A DNA stretch of 64,000 nt from an uncultured bacterium (GTDB taxonomy: Bacteria > Zixibacteria > MSB-5A5 > UBA10806). The stretch's first letter is position 1; each line of letters opens with the position of its first letter. The stretch covers positions 128,001 through 192,000 of the forward strand of contig CBEUCH010000006.1 of the NCBI GenBank assembly GCA_965541585.1. The letters are read 5' to 3'. A program made the position numbers and the translations under genes. Below are positions 1 to 8,936 of the stretch, one piece after another. The notes under the pieces are model-generated. The model was not told where the DNA came from, made no database searches, and saw nothing but the letters and a program-made list of their open reading frames with translations.

Positions 1-110
1 ATCCATATATTAATTCGCTTGACACCATACCGGGAATAAATATATTGAATTTGTACTTTTATTCAGAGTTGAGTAAGATTTAACGGCTGTTGTCAGGTAC
101 GGGTAATATA

Positions 111-1421
111 ATGCCAGTTGAAAGTAAATCGAAAAGGGTGAGAAAAAAGCTCCCGATCGTGGTAATAGGCGGCGGACCGGCAGGGATGACTGCCGCACAG
201 ATTGCGGCAAGAAAATACAAGAACGTAGTCTTATATGATAAGAATCCTGTCCCGGGCAAAAAACTAAGCTCGATCGAATCCGATTCGATCCTGATTGGCG
301 AAAAGCAGTCGCCTGAGACGACGGCTGAAGCTTTCGGCGCCAAGGGTAAGTTTGTTATACCTGCGCTGAGGGCCTTCGGGTGGAAGGAGATTGCCGAACA
401 TCTGGGGGAGATCAAACTCCCGGTAGAATTGAACGGCGAAAATCAGCTTAAGGTCTCGCCGGAAAGTGCCTCTCTGGTTTCCACCCGCCTCAGGGAAGGG
501 GCTGAGGCCGCCGGGGTCGTGGTTAAAAAATCATCGCGGGTGACGGACATAAAGATCTCCGGCGACGTTGTAAAGGGAGTCGTGATCAATGGCGTGACTC
601 ATCCCGCACTGGCCGTCATTGTGGCCTGCGGCTCGTATTCATCGCCCAATCGGGGATCAACGCAAGATGGCTATGGGATAGCGAGAAAGGCCGGGCATAA
701 GATCGTCACCATCAGGCCTGCCATGGTGGGTTTTGAGACAGTGGAGAGATATGGGAAGATTCTGGCGGATGTTAATATCAGAGATTGCCGTATTGATGTC
801 AGTCTCGATGAAAAGCCGCAGTTCACAGACCGGGGAACCTTGACCTTTGCAAGCTATGGCCTGGAGGGCGATCTGATATTGAACCATTCTGCCCGAATAA
901 TCGATTTGCTCGAAAAAGGCCAGGTAACGGTGAATATCGATCTGATGCCGGATATGTCGAAGGCCAGGATCGAGAAAATTCTGGGGCAGGAGTCCGCAAG
1001 CAGCAGCCGGACAACTGTCTGGGAGATTCTCACGAGATACATTCCGGATAGGCTGCTCGACGGGATGCATAAGATGATCCGAATTCATTGCCGCAGACCG
1101 GCAGTGCGTCTCTCAAACCTCGAGAGGAAAAGCCTGGCCATCTGGCTTAAGGAGTTCGCTTTCACGATCAAGAGATGCCGTCCGTTTAACGAGACCAGGG
1201 GGGTATTGGGCGGGGTGTCGCTGGATGATATCGATCCCGAGACCATGCGCTCGAATAAGGTAAAGAATCTTTATTTCGCCGGCGATGTTCTGGATCTTCT
1301 GGGCCCCTGGGGTGGGTATAACATCGAAATAGCGTTTGCTACAGGCCACCTTGCCGGTCTCTCGGCGGCGAATACCAATAGCGTCAAGAAGAAAACGACG
1401 AAATCATCGAGAACGCGCTGA
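111..1421 (+). CDS. HI0933/YhiN (BaiN)-family FAD-dependent oxidoreductase
   Basis: VVIGGGPAGMTAA Rossmann motif; GxSxPxxGSTQDGY; C-terminal NLYFAGDVLDLLGPWGGYN. ATG at 111 preferred to TTG at 90. Confidence 0.85.
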   Translation: MPVESKSKRVRKKLPIVVIGGGPAGMTAAQIAARKYKNVVLYDKNPVPGKKLSSIESDSILIGEKQSPETTAEAFGAKGKFVIPALRAFGWKEIAEHLGEIKLPVELNGENQLKVSPESASLVSTRLREGAEAAGVVVKKSSRVTDIKISGDVVKGVVINGVTHPALAVIVACGSYSSPNRGSTQDGYGIARKAGHKIVTIRPAMVGFETVERYGKILADVNIRDCRIDVSLDEKPQFTDRGTLTFASYGLEGDLILNHSARIIDLLEKGQVTVNIDLMPDMSKARIEKILGQESASSSRTTVWEILTRYIPDRLLDGMHKMIRIHCRRPAVRLSNLERKSLAIWLKEFAFTIKRCRPFNETRGVLGGVSLDDIDPETMRSNKVKNLYFAGDVLDLLGPWGGYNIEIAFATGHLAGLSAANTNSVKKKTTKSSRTR

Positions 1422-1514
1422 GGCGTTTCATCCCTGATTAGCTAGGTTATGATCCTTCAGGCCATTTCCTTATCGTTTAAAATTCTTTTCGGTAATTAGC
1501 TAGATTAGACTAAT

Positions 1515-1555
1515 AAAAAAAGCCTCCGGACACTTTATGGTGGCTCCGGAGGCTT
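1515..1555 (-). terminator. Rho-independent terminator of the 95-aa gene
   Basis: 11-bp stem AAGCCTCCGGA/TCCGGAGGCTT followed by a T7 run on the minus strand. Confidence 0.85.
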
Positions 1556-1589
1556 GATAAGATAAATTTCTAAAGAATCTTGTCGATCT

Positions 1590-1877
1590 TTAGAAATTCA
1601 CGTTCAGCGAATAATTCGCTGCTATAATCCGGCACTCGTCAAGTGCGAGATTGGGATCATCGGCAATCCTGGTGACAAACCAGGGCTCGTTGCTGGTGAA
1701 GCCCAGGAATACTGTTCCTCCAATGTTCAGCATTTCTGGAGTTACACGATAGAGAAAACCGTGCCTGTTATCGACATAGCAGCCCGGTTGATTGATTTTC
1801 TGGATCGGCAATTGCTCGGAAATGCGATTCCAGTTTTTTGAAGTCATGCTCGACTCAGCTACCTGAGTTTTCGGCAT
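1590..1877 (-). CDS. Small hypothetical protein (95 aa)
   Basis: Strong SD AGGAGG before ATG, own promoter and terminator; no motif I can assign. Confidence 0.8.
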   Translation of the reverse strand: MPKTQVAESSMTSKNWNRISEQLPIQKINQPGCYVDNRHGFLYRVTPEMLNIGGTVFLGFTSNEPWFVTRIADDPNLALDECRIIAANYSLNVNF

Positions 1878-2010
1878 CTTTCCTCCTAATGATTTAGAGT
1901 TAATGGATTAAAAGCGGATGTTTCCACCGAAACACCTGTATAGTCAACTGCCCGTAGACCGATTCTGGCGCGGTCTTCAGGCAGGTATGGTCGTTGCCAA
2001 TATTCGTTCT

Positions 2011-2070
2011 GATTGTCATAATCATTCTCATTACAAACGCTAAAATATGTATTCATTTTCCCGTGTCAAG
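2011..2070 (-). promoter_or_regulatory. Sigma70-type promoter (TTGACA-N16-TATTTT) with a Fur-box-like site just downstream
   Basis: GATTGTCATAATCATTCTC at 2011-2029 matches GATAATGATAATCATTATC at 15/19, with an overlapping second copy shifted by 6 nt. Confidence 0.55.
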
Positions 2071-2218
2071 AAGAAAATGATAGTGGAGTAATCTTATTTT
2101 CAGTAAAGCGGGTTAAAAGAGTCTTTGTATTATTTTTCAATCATGATATTGATAGAATATATTATTTTTGGGGGATCGGAGGGGCGGATTGCAATTCGCC
2201 CCGGAGCTATGATCGATA

Positions 2219-3550
2219 TCACAAAACCGGCAGGTAATTATTAATTTCGAAATCGGTCACGGCCACTCTGAAACGATCCCACTCCAGCGTTTTGTTACCT
2301 ATGAGCGCATTGAAAACATGATCGCCGAGGACTTCTTTCATCAGCTTCGATTTTTTGAATTCCGAAAGCGCCTGCATTAGGGATGCCGGCAAGGTATCGA
2401 TTCTTTTTCTTTTGAGCTTCCTGGCGTCCATCTCGTATATATTTTCTTCCACAGGCTCCGGCAGAGGATAACCTTTTTTGATTCCTTCATAACCGGCGGC
2501 CAGCATGACCGCGAATGCCAGGTAGGGGTTGCAGGCCGGGTCGGGGCTGCGAAGCTCGACTCTGGTTGCCTTTTCCCTGCCGAGCTTATACATGGGAACC
2601 CGCACCAGCGACGAGCGGTTGCGCTGGCCCCAGGATATATAGCAGGGAGCTTCGTAATCGGGGACCAGCCTCTTGTATGAGTTCACCCATTGATTGGTGA
2701 TCAGACACAGCTCTTTTACATGCACGAGGAGCCCGGCGATATATTTCTTAGCTATATCCGAAAGATGATAGGGATCGGAAGGGTCGAAGAATGTATTCTT
2801 GCCTTCTTTGAATAGGGATTGATGCGTGTGCATCCCCGAACCATTGACGCCGAAGATGGGCTTGGGCATGAATGTGGCGTAATGACCTCTCGATAAGGCC
2901 TTTTCCTTAACAACCAACCTGTACAACATGGCGAAATCGGCCATCTTGAGAGCTTCCTGGTATTTTAAATCGATTTCGTGCTGGCTGGGGGCAACTTCGT
3001 GATGAGAACATTCGACTGGAATTCCGATATCCTCCAGGGCGCCGACAGCGGATTTTCTCAAATGAGTGGTTTCCTCGACTGTGGAAAACTCGAAATATCC
3101 GCCACGATCCATTATCTCCGGAGCGGAGGAGCTCTTGAAATAGAAAAACTCCATCTCCGGTCCCATATATGCGGTGAATCCTTCCGCAGCCAGCCGCTCC
3201 ACTACCCGTCTCAATATATATCGAGGATCTCCCTCATACGATTCGCCGTGGGGTGTCTTGATATCGCAAAATACGGAGGCTATTTTCTCAGAATTAACCG
3301 CCCAGGGAAAGATGGTAAATGTCGAGAGATCAGGATGCGCCATGAGATCCGATTCCTCGATCCTGACGAATCCCTCTATAGAGGACCCGTCGAATCCCTG
3401 GCCGTTGGCAAATACTTCCTCGATCTCGGAACGGGTTATTGTCATACCGCGCAACACCCCTAGAACATCGGTAAACCACAGGCGAACATATTTGATGCCT
3501 TTTTCATCGATGAGTTTTAATGCGCTATCCTGATCAGCGACGCCTATCAT
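2219..3550 (-). CDS. glnA: Glutamine synthetase type I (alpha)
   Basis: FDGSSIEGFVRIEESD, HHEVAPSQHEI, TFMPKPIFGVNGSGMHTHQSL, ELRSPDPACNPYL. ATG at 3550 with GGAG SD gives 443 aa. Confidence 0.95.
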   Translation of the reverse strand: MIGVADQDSALKLIDEKGIKYVRLWFTDVLGVLRGMTITRSEIEEVFANGQGFDGSSIEGFVRIEESDLMAHPDLSTFTIFPWAVNSEKIASVFCDIKTPHGESYEGDPRYILRRVVERLAAEGFTAYMGPEMEFFYFKSSSAPEIMDRGGYFEFSTVEETTHLRKSAVGALEDIGIPVECSHHEVAPSQHEIDLKYQEALKMADFAMLYRLVVKEKALSRGHYATFMPKPIFGVNGSGMHTHQSLFKEGKNTFFDPSDPYHLSDIAKKYIAGLLVHVKELCLITNQWVNSYKRLVPDYEAPCYISWGQRNRSSLVRVPMYKLGREKATRVELRSPDPACNPYLAFAVMLAAGYEGIKKGYPLPEPVEENIYEMDARKLKRKRIDTLPASLMQALSEFKKSKLMKEVLGDHVFNALIGNKTLEWDRFRVAVTDFEINNYLPVL

Positions 3551-3769
3551 ATTTATCTCCCTGGAATCTCGTTTCTCGCCCAACTTTAAGAAAGTCCTAT
3601 ATAAGACCTTTGAACATGTCACGTCAACATTTATCAGGTAAAAGAGCACATTTTTCTGTGTTTGATGAAAATTCTGCAGGGAGATTATGGATAAGGTAAT
3701 CTCGCTTAAGAAGAAGAGGTCTCCCGGCGAGGGGCCCGAGAGGTTATGAATGATATTGACTTACACAGA

Positions 3770-4741
3770 TCATTTCCGTTGTTGTTTATGCCATTCTATG
3801 GTTTTTGCAAGGCCGTCCGAGAGCTTTGTTTTCCACTGAAAGGTAAGGATTTTTTTTGCTTTTGAGAGATCCGGGATCCGGCGCCTGACATCCTCATACT
3901 TGCCTCCGAAACTCTCATAAGGAACAAATGTGATCTTCGGGGATTGCCCCGGGCGTATGAGATCGTTGATAGTCTGCGCCAGCCGAAGGATGCTTATCTC
4001 CTCATCCGAACCGAGATTGATTATCTCTCCGATCGCTTTTTCCGATTCTGCCGCCGCCATGATACCGGAAATGAGATCATCTATGTACGTAAAAGAGCGT
4101 GTCTGGGAGCCATCGCCGTGGATCGTGATCTCTTTGTCTTCCAGAACCTGATCGATAAATACCGATTGCGGTCCTCCCCACCAGGAGCGGTGGTGCCTGG
4201 GGCCGTATGAACCGAAGAATCTTAAGATAACCACCGGCAGGTTCTTCTCGGCTTGATAAGCCAGGCCGAGATGCTCATCGAAGATTTTGCTGACAGCATA
4301 ACTCCAGCGCCTGCTGTCCGAAGGTCCGATGAGCAAATCATCGGTTTCTTTGAAAGGCGGTTTGCCTTTTCCGTAAACATCCGATGTGGACGCCAGGATC
4401 ACCTTGCAGCCGTTCTTTTCGGCCGCCTCGAATATGTTTCTGGTGCCGTCGTTGTTTATTCTCAAGGTCGAGAGAGCATCACCATAACGAGGGATTTTTC
4501 TGGCTGCCAGATGGAAGATCACCGACACGTCGCTCATAGCCTTATGGAGAGAGGCGGCATCGCAAACGTCTCTGTGATGAAATGAAAAATCGTTTCGCCG
4601 GGCGATAAGTTTTATGTTGTCTTTCGAGCCGTATGAAAGATCGTCATAGCAGCGAACAATATATCCTTTGTCGAGTAGGGCTTGGCAGAGATGCGAGCCT
4701 ATAAAGCCCGCACCGCCCGTGACCAGTGCAGCCGGTTTAAT
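3770..4741 (-). CDS. NAD-dependent epimerase/dehydratase (extended SDR, nucleotide-sugar)
   Basis: The frame is open upstream of the track's ATG and contains ALVTGGAGFIGSHL; also ASTSDVYG and catalytic YAVSK. No ATG/GTG/TTG precedes the Rossmann motif, so the start is ATT 4741 or CTG 4753. Confidence 0.9.
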   Translation of the reverse strand: MKPAALVTGGAGFIGSHLCQALLDKGYIVRCYDDLSYGSKDNIKLIARRNDFSFHHRDVCDAASLHKAMSDVSVIFHLAARKIPRYGDALSTLRINNDGTRNIFEAAEKNGCKVILASTSDVYGKGKPPFKETDDLLIGPSDSRRWSYAVSKIFDEHLGLAYQAEKNLPVVILRFFGSYGPRHHRSWWGGPQSVFIDQVLEDKEITIHGDGSQTRSFTYIDDLISGIMAAAESEKAIGEIINLGSDEEISILRLAQTINDLIRPGQSPKITFVPYESFGGKYEDVRRRIPDLSKAKKILTFQWKTKLSDGLAKTIEWHKQQRK

Positions 4742-4742
4742 G

Positions 4743-5939
4743 CTATCCTCCAGCGACTATCGCCTCCCTGACTTTCTTGATCTTATCGGTGCCTTCCTTG
4801 ATGGAATCCGGCTCAAACAGGCTCTTGCGAACGTTCATGAACACATCCACGATTCTCTCGGCTACCCGGCCGTCCCAGTACTTGGGGAATTTGCCGGTTT
4901 TGACATTACCGTTTAAGATATTCTCCGCTGCGGCGACAATCTTTTCCGGATATGCCCCGACTAAGATGTTGGTCCCCTCGGTCAGCGTTACCGGACGCTC
5001 GGTGTTTTTCCTTAGCGTCAGGCAGGGAACGTTCAACACCGTTGTCTCCTCCTGGATACCGCCGGAATCGGTCAGCACCATGGCGGCCTCGGACTCCAGT
5101 TTCAGAAAATCGAGATAACCGACCGGATCGATAAGCCGGATTCCCGTCTCGCCAAAATATGAGGATAGCTTGTATTTATCAATACTTAATCTGGTTCGGG
5201 GATGGCATGGAAATATCACAGGAACTCTTTCAGTCAGGCTATTTACGGCTGAGAGGATATTTTTCAACGTCCTGGGATCATCCACATTCTCCGGTCTGTG
5301 AAGAGTCAGAAGGGCATAATTCTTCTGCTGGAGGCCGAGCTGGTTTGCTATCCCCCGGTTCCGGGCGATCTTGATATGGTTTAAAAGCGATTCTATCATG
5401 ACGTTACCCACGAAGAATATTGCGTTTTCGTCGGCTCCTTCGCTGATCAGATTCTGGCAGGCGGAACTTTCGGTTGTGAAATGGAAATCGGTTATTCTAT
5501 CGGTCATTATCCGGTTAATCTCTTCCGGCATGCTCATATCGAACGAGCGCAGCCCGGCCTCGATATGTGCAATCAGGATTTTGCATTTGGCGGCGACCAG
5601 GGCGCAGGCCAGCGTGGAGTTGACATCGCCGACGACTACGATCAGATGGGGAGTATTCTCCAGAACCACCCTCTCGAATTCCATCATGATTTTGGCAGTC
5701 TGCTCCGCGTGAGTGCCGGAGCCGACTCCCAGATGAAGCTCCGGTTTGGGCATTTTGAGTTCGTCGAAGAAAAGCTGAGAAAGCCGGCGGTCGTAATGCT
5801 GGCCGGTATGCACCAGTATCGGATCGAGAAAGTCTGAGAATCTTTTCATCCGCTCGATTATCGGTGCGGCCTTCATGAAATTGGGCCGTGCACCCACTAC
5901 AACCATGACTTTCATTCGCGGCGGACGATATTGAGTCAA
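4743..5939 (-). CDS. wecB: UDP-N-acetylglucosamine 2-epimerase (non-hydrolysing)
   Basis: VVGARPNFMK, HTGQHYD, GDVNST, HIEAGLRSFD, PEEINR, TDSGGIQEE, TERP. Confidence 0.95.
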   Translation of the reverse strand: MTQYRPPRMKVMVVVGARPNFMKAAPIIERMKRFSDFLDPILVHTGQHYDRRLSQLFFDELKMPKPELHLGVGSGTHAEQTAKIMMEFERVVLENTPHLIVVVGDVNSTLACALVAAKCKILIAHIEAGLRSFDMSMPEEINRIMTDRITDFHFTTESSACQNLISEGADENAIFFVGNVMIESLLNHIKIARNRGIANQLGLQQKNYALLTLHRPENVDDPRTLKNILSAVNSLTERVPVIFPCHPRTRLSIDKYKLSSYFGETGIRLIDPVGYLDFLKLESEAAMVLTDSGGIQEETTVLNVPCLTLRKNTERPVTLTEGTNILVGAYPEKIVAAAENILNGNVKTGKFPKYWDGRVAERIVDVFMNVRKSLFEPDSIKEGTDKIKKVREAIVAGG

Positions 5940-6150
5940 AACTCACCCCCGGGATAAATTCTAGACTATAAACCGTTCTATTATGTTTATTCGGAAGGTT
6001 GGAGCTTAAAATAAACACAACCTACCATTTTTTAGAGAGGCTTTATGACCGCATGGTAAAGGCGGCGGCCTTCTATGCGTATTTCCGGTGGATAGTGACG
6101 GGGGGATGAGATATCATTGTCGAAACCATGAAGCTTTCCGGCTACCCACT

Positions 6151-6723
6151 CTACAAATCCTTCGATACGATAAGAACGGGCAGGCCAATACGCGAGAGAA
6201 AGGCAGCAAACCGTTGTGATAAGTCCTCCCGGTAAAGCTCTGATACGGTGCATACGAAATTCGTTTTCTTAAGTTCCGTAAGAGATAATATCGGTACCGA
6301 AAAGTAGTGCTTGAAATCGACTATGGAGGGAACCATAGGAATATTACTTGGGAATTCTAAGTAATGATAACGTGGCTTCTCGTTATTCACTAATAACCGG
6401 CCGTCTGTTCTCTTTCTGTTTATTTGCTCAGATTTTATGCCTATTTCCTCAAGATGATCACCACTGAAGACATGCTCCGCATTATAGAGAGGAGCCACTA
6501 GCACCGAAATAAGCCACTTATCTTGTGTTTGTTTGCGCTCTATCCTGAATGTGTGATCTTGTTCAAGATCACAATCCTGGGTTAAAACAACTACAAAAGG
6601 AAATCTGATTCTTGATATTTCCAGAATGCCCTCATCTTCAAGCACACGCTCGAGGCAGTCGATGTCGCGCAGGACATCTCCCTGACACACTCGATTATCT
6701 AGATCGGTTCGTGTTCTAATCAT
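6151..6723 (-). CDS. Hypothetical protein of the QGD...TQDCDL type (possibly PemK/MazF-like fold)
   Basis: CQGDVL, VVVLTQDCDL, VLVAPLY, IVDFK, LSQRFAAFLSRIGLP; overlaps the upstream small ORF by 8 nt. Confidence 0.75.
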   Translation of the reverse strand: MIRTRTDLDNRVCQGDVLRDIDCLERVLEDEGILEISRIRFPFVVVLTQDCDLEQDHTFRIERKQTQDKWLISVLVAPLYNAEHVFSGDHLEEIGIKSEQINRKRTDGRLLVNNEKPRYHYLEFPSNIPMVPSIVDFKHYFSVPILSLTELKKTNFVCTVSELYREDLSQRFAAFLSRIGLPVLIVSKDL

Positions 6724-6892
6724 GGATGATTCGTGCTCTAATGACTATTCTAGTGGGCTTTCCGACAATGTATGGATGCTTTTCCTCCTGCAATTCGCTA
6801 TCCTCTGCGTCTTGTGTTATATCTTCGGAGTCTGATGCAGTAGCAGATCCTACATCAAAGTCTATGATGGGTTCGTCTTCACGCCGTTTCAT
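6716..6892 (-). CDS. Unannotated 58-aa acidic peptide
   Basis: MKRREDEPIIDFDVGSATASDSEDITQDAEDSELQEEKHPYIVGKPTRIVIRARIIHD; fills the gap exactly and overlaps both neighbours (14 and 8 nt). Confidence 0.65.
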   Translation of the reverse strand: MKRREDEPIIDFDVGSATASDSEDITQDAEDSELQEEKHPYIVGKPTRIVIRARIIHD

Positions 6893-7658
6893 TCATAATC
6901 TCTCTGAGTTTGTCTGTGATGCTTCGCTCGAATAATCTCTGTATGGCTTCATGATATTTGTTTAAGCAGTCACGGATTTCATTAGGTTCAAGTGGTCCTT
7001 TAAAATAGGCGTCGTAATCAAGGACGAATGCTCTACGCCGCATCGGGGCAGGATAGTCTGGATTATGCACGCCAAATTGAAATCGGAGGTTAAAATCACT
7101 AAATACAACCTCGAAGTTGCTAAAGACTCGAGACAGCTGTGCTTCCTCGATAGCGTACGAAAACAATCCCAGAAGTTCATCGTTCACATAGGCTTGCCAA
7201 TCGAGTGGACCCGATCCTGGCACATCCAATTGGTTGATGTACCGAAGCCCCAACCGACTCGGTTGCGCATCTGCCTCAAAAGAGGTAAAAAAACTATCAA
7301 CAATCGTCAAGAACTCTTGCCGAAGAGTTTCATACCTGTCGTAATTGTTGTAAACGACGAAAAATGCCTCGGGTACAATCCTAAGACGTTTTTCACGGTT
7401 GCGCCCATAGAAGTTCCACTGCGTATACTCCTCTTTGTGTGCTGTAAGATCCTTGGCCGTAACAACAACCTCTTGTGAAAAAGCTGGTTTTGGCTCAGCA
7501 ATGGGAAAGCTCTGCAGCGCTGCTTTGCTGATGTTCTTTGGCAATTCATTCTGCAAACCTGCCAAGGGACTCGCCAAATCGACTCGAGCAAGAACCTTCG
7601 TAAGGAAATTACGCGGGTAGGATATTGAATCCAAATCTGTTGCTCTTGACATTTTCAT
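6879..7658 (-). CDS. TIGR04255-family protein
   Basis: YPRNFLTKVLARVD, Y..YE.L...F, RLGLRYINQL, FVLDYDAY, FERSITD: the characteristic family pattern. Confidence 0.8.
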   Translation of the reverse strand: MKMSRATDLDSISYPRNFLTKVLARVDLASPLAGLQNELPKNISKAALQSFPIAEPKPAFSQEVVVTAKDLTAHKEEYTQWNFYGRNREKRLRIVPEAFFVVYNNYDRYETLRQEFLTIVDSFFTSFEADAQPSRLGLRYINQLDVPGSGPLDWQAYVNDELLGLFSYAIEEAQLSRVFSNFEVVFSDFNLRFQFGVHNPDYPAPMRRRAFVLDYDAYFKGPLEPNEIRDCLNKYHEAIQRLFERSITDKLREIMNETA

Positions 7659-7918
7659 CCCTCATTCCTGTCGTGGCTTACGTCCGCCGTTTCTCAACGT
7701 AACCAGCGAAATCTTCCGCTCTGCGATCTCGTTCACCTCTTTCCCGCTAATTATTTCCTCCATTTAATACCCGTAACACAGCCATCAAGCCACGCATTAC
7801 AATCTTTCATCGTCCAGGCGGGCCGCAATCGCCGTCCGCCGTGGCCCGGGGGGGTGGTCAAAAAAAGGGAATACGGGCATGGGTGTCAAGGATTTTATTC
7901 GGCGGGCGTAGGGGCGGA

Positions 7919-8806
7919 TCAGCCGTTTTCGTCTACGTGGGAGCGCGGTCCGTCAGTGTCATCCTCTGTAATCTTCAAAACCTCGGCGCAGGTGGTGAAC
8001 TCGAAGATGTCTAAAAGCCGCATCAACTTCTCCTCGGCCAGGTTGAGATTTCCATAGCGGGAGTAGTTGACATAATCTGCGCTGGGCGGCCGCCTCTGGT
8101 GATGGTCCAGTTCCCAGAGCTTCATATTGATCATTGCCGAATATCCCCTGCGATTCAGGCTGTGGATGGCCCTTTTTACGAACCATCCCGGGAAAAGCCG
8201 CAACCGCTCGCTGAACCGTAATGATACCCCCAGCTTCTTCGCCGTGGATTGAGGCACGGCGATTATAGATCCGCCCTCTTCGAATCTGACTGTTATAGGC
8301 TGGTTCTGTTTGCCCGGAAGACCGTGAGACAGGGGACTGCAATCATAACGATAACCGGCCTCCGCTACCTGACGGTAGAGTGATAAATGTTCTGTCCCTA
8401 AAAATTGGCCGGCCGCCTTGAAGCCAAACACCGGCTTTTGCAGGATATCATCCAGTATTGTCCTGGAGCGCTCCAACTCGCCTGTCAGTTTTTCGGATGA
8501 CATTTTCCTGATATCGCCGTGAGACCAGCCGTGACTGGCCACCTCATGCCCGCGAGCATCTATCAGTGCTACGACCTCCGGAAATTTCCGGGCCACCGGC
8601 CCCAGGACGAAGAACGTAGCGGTCGCCTTCTGCTCGTCCAGGTTATCGAGCAGGTGAATAAGATTCGGAATGATGCGAGATTTCGTCTCTATTGATTCGA
8701 CATCGTGGCTTTCCGCATGGAATATGTCTTCCACCTCGAAGGAGAGGATGTTTTTAATCCCGGCGTTTCCGGTAGCTGGATTTTCGCTGTAGGAATCGGA
8801 AGTCAT
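7919..8806 (-). CDS. Polysaccharide deacetylase (NodB/CE4, DUF3473 type)
   Basis: LSFEVEDIFH, ATFFVLG, GHEVASHGWSH, GYRYDCS, WELD. Confidence 0.85.
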   Translation of the reverse strand: MTSDSYSENPATGNAGIKNILSFEVEDIFHAESHDVESIETKSRIIPNLIHLLDNLDEQKATATFFVLGPVARKFPEVVALIDARGHEVASHGWSHGDIRKMSSEKLTGELERSRTILDDILQKPVFGFKAAGQFLGTEHLSLYRQVAEAGYRYDCSPLSHGLPGKQNQPITVRFEEGGSIIAVPQSTAKKLGVSLRFSERLRLFPGWFVKRAIHSLNRRGYSAMINMKLWELDHHQRRPPSADYVNYSRYGNLNLAEEKLMRLLDIFEFTTCAEVLKITEDDTDGPRSHVDENG

Positions 8807-8936
8807 CTCATATTAGTTCGGCATAAATTACTAATCTATAAATCTTGCAACGATGGTAAGTTGGTACATCAGTGCTGTCAAGCGATTTTGAGTGATTCGG
8901 ATATTGGATGCCGATCCGTTCCGATTCGGTACCCGG

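Noticed and set aside
2181..2202. Hairpin after glnA as an intrinsic terminator
   Set aside because: Good stem but no T-tract on the minus strand.
3600..3660. GlnR/TnrA box upstream of glnA
   Set aside because: No TGTNA-N7-TNACA match.
7662..7763. 33-codon ORF ending in TGA in frame with the TIGR04255 ATG (readthrough or Sec?)
   Set aside because: No SD, no SECIS-like hairpin and no redox motif; the family N-terminus is complete without it.
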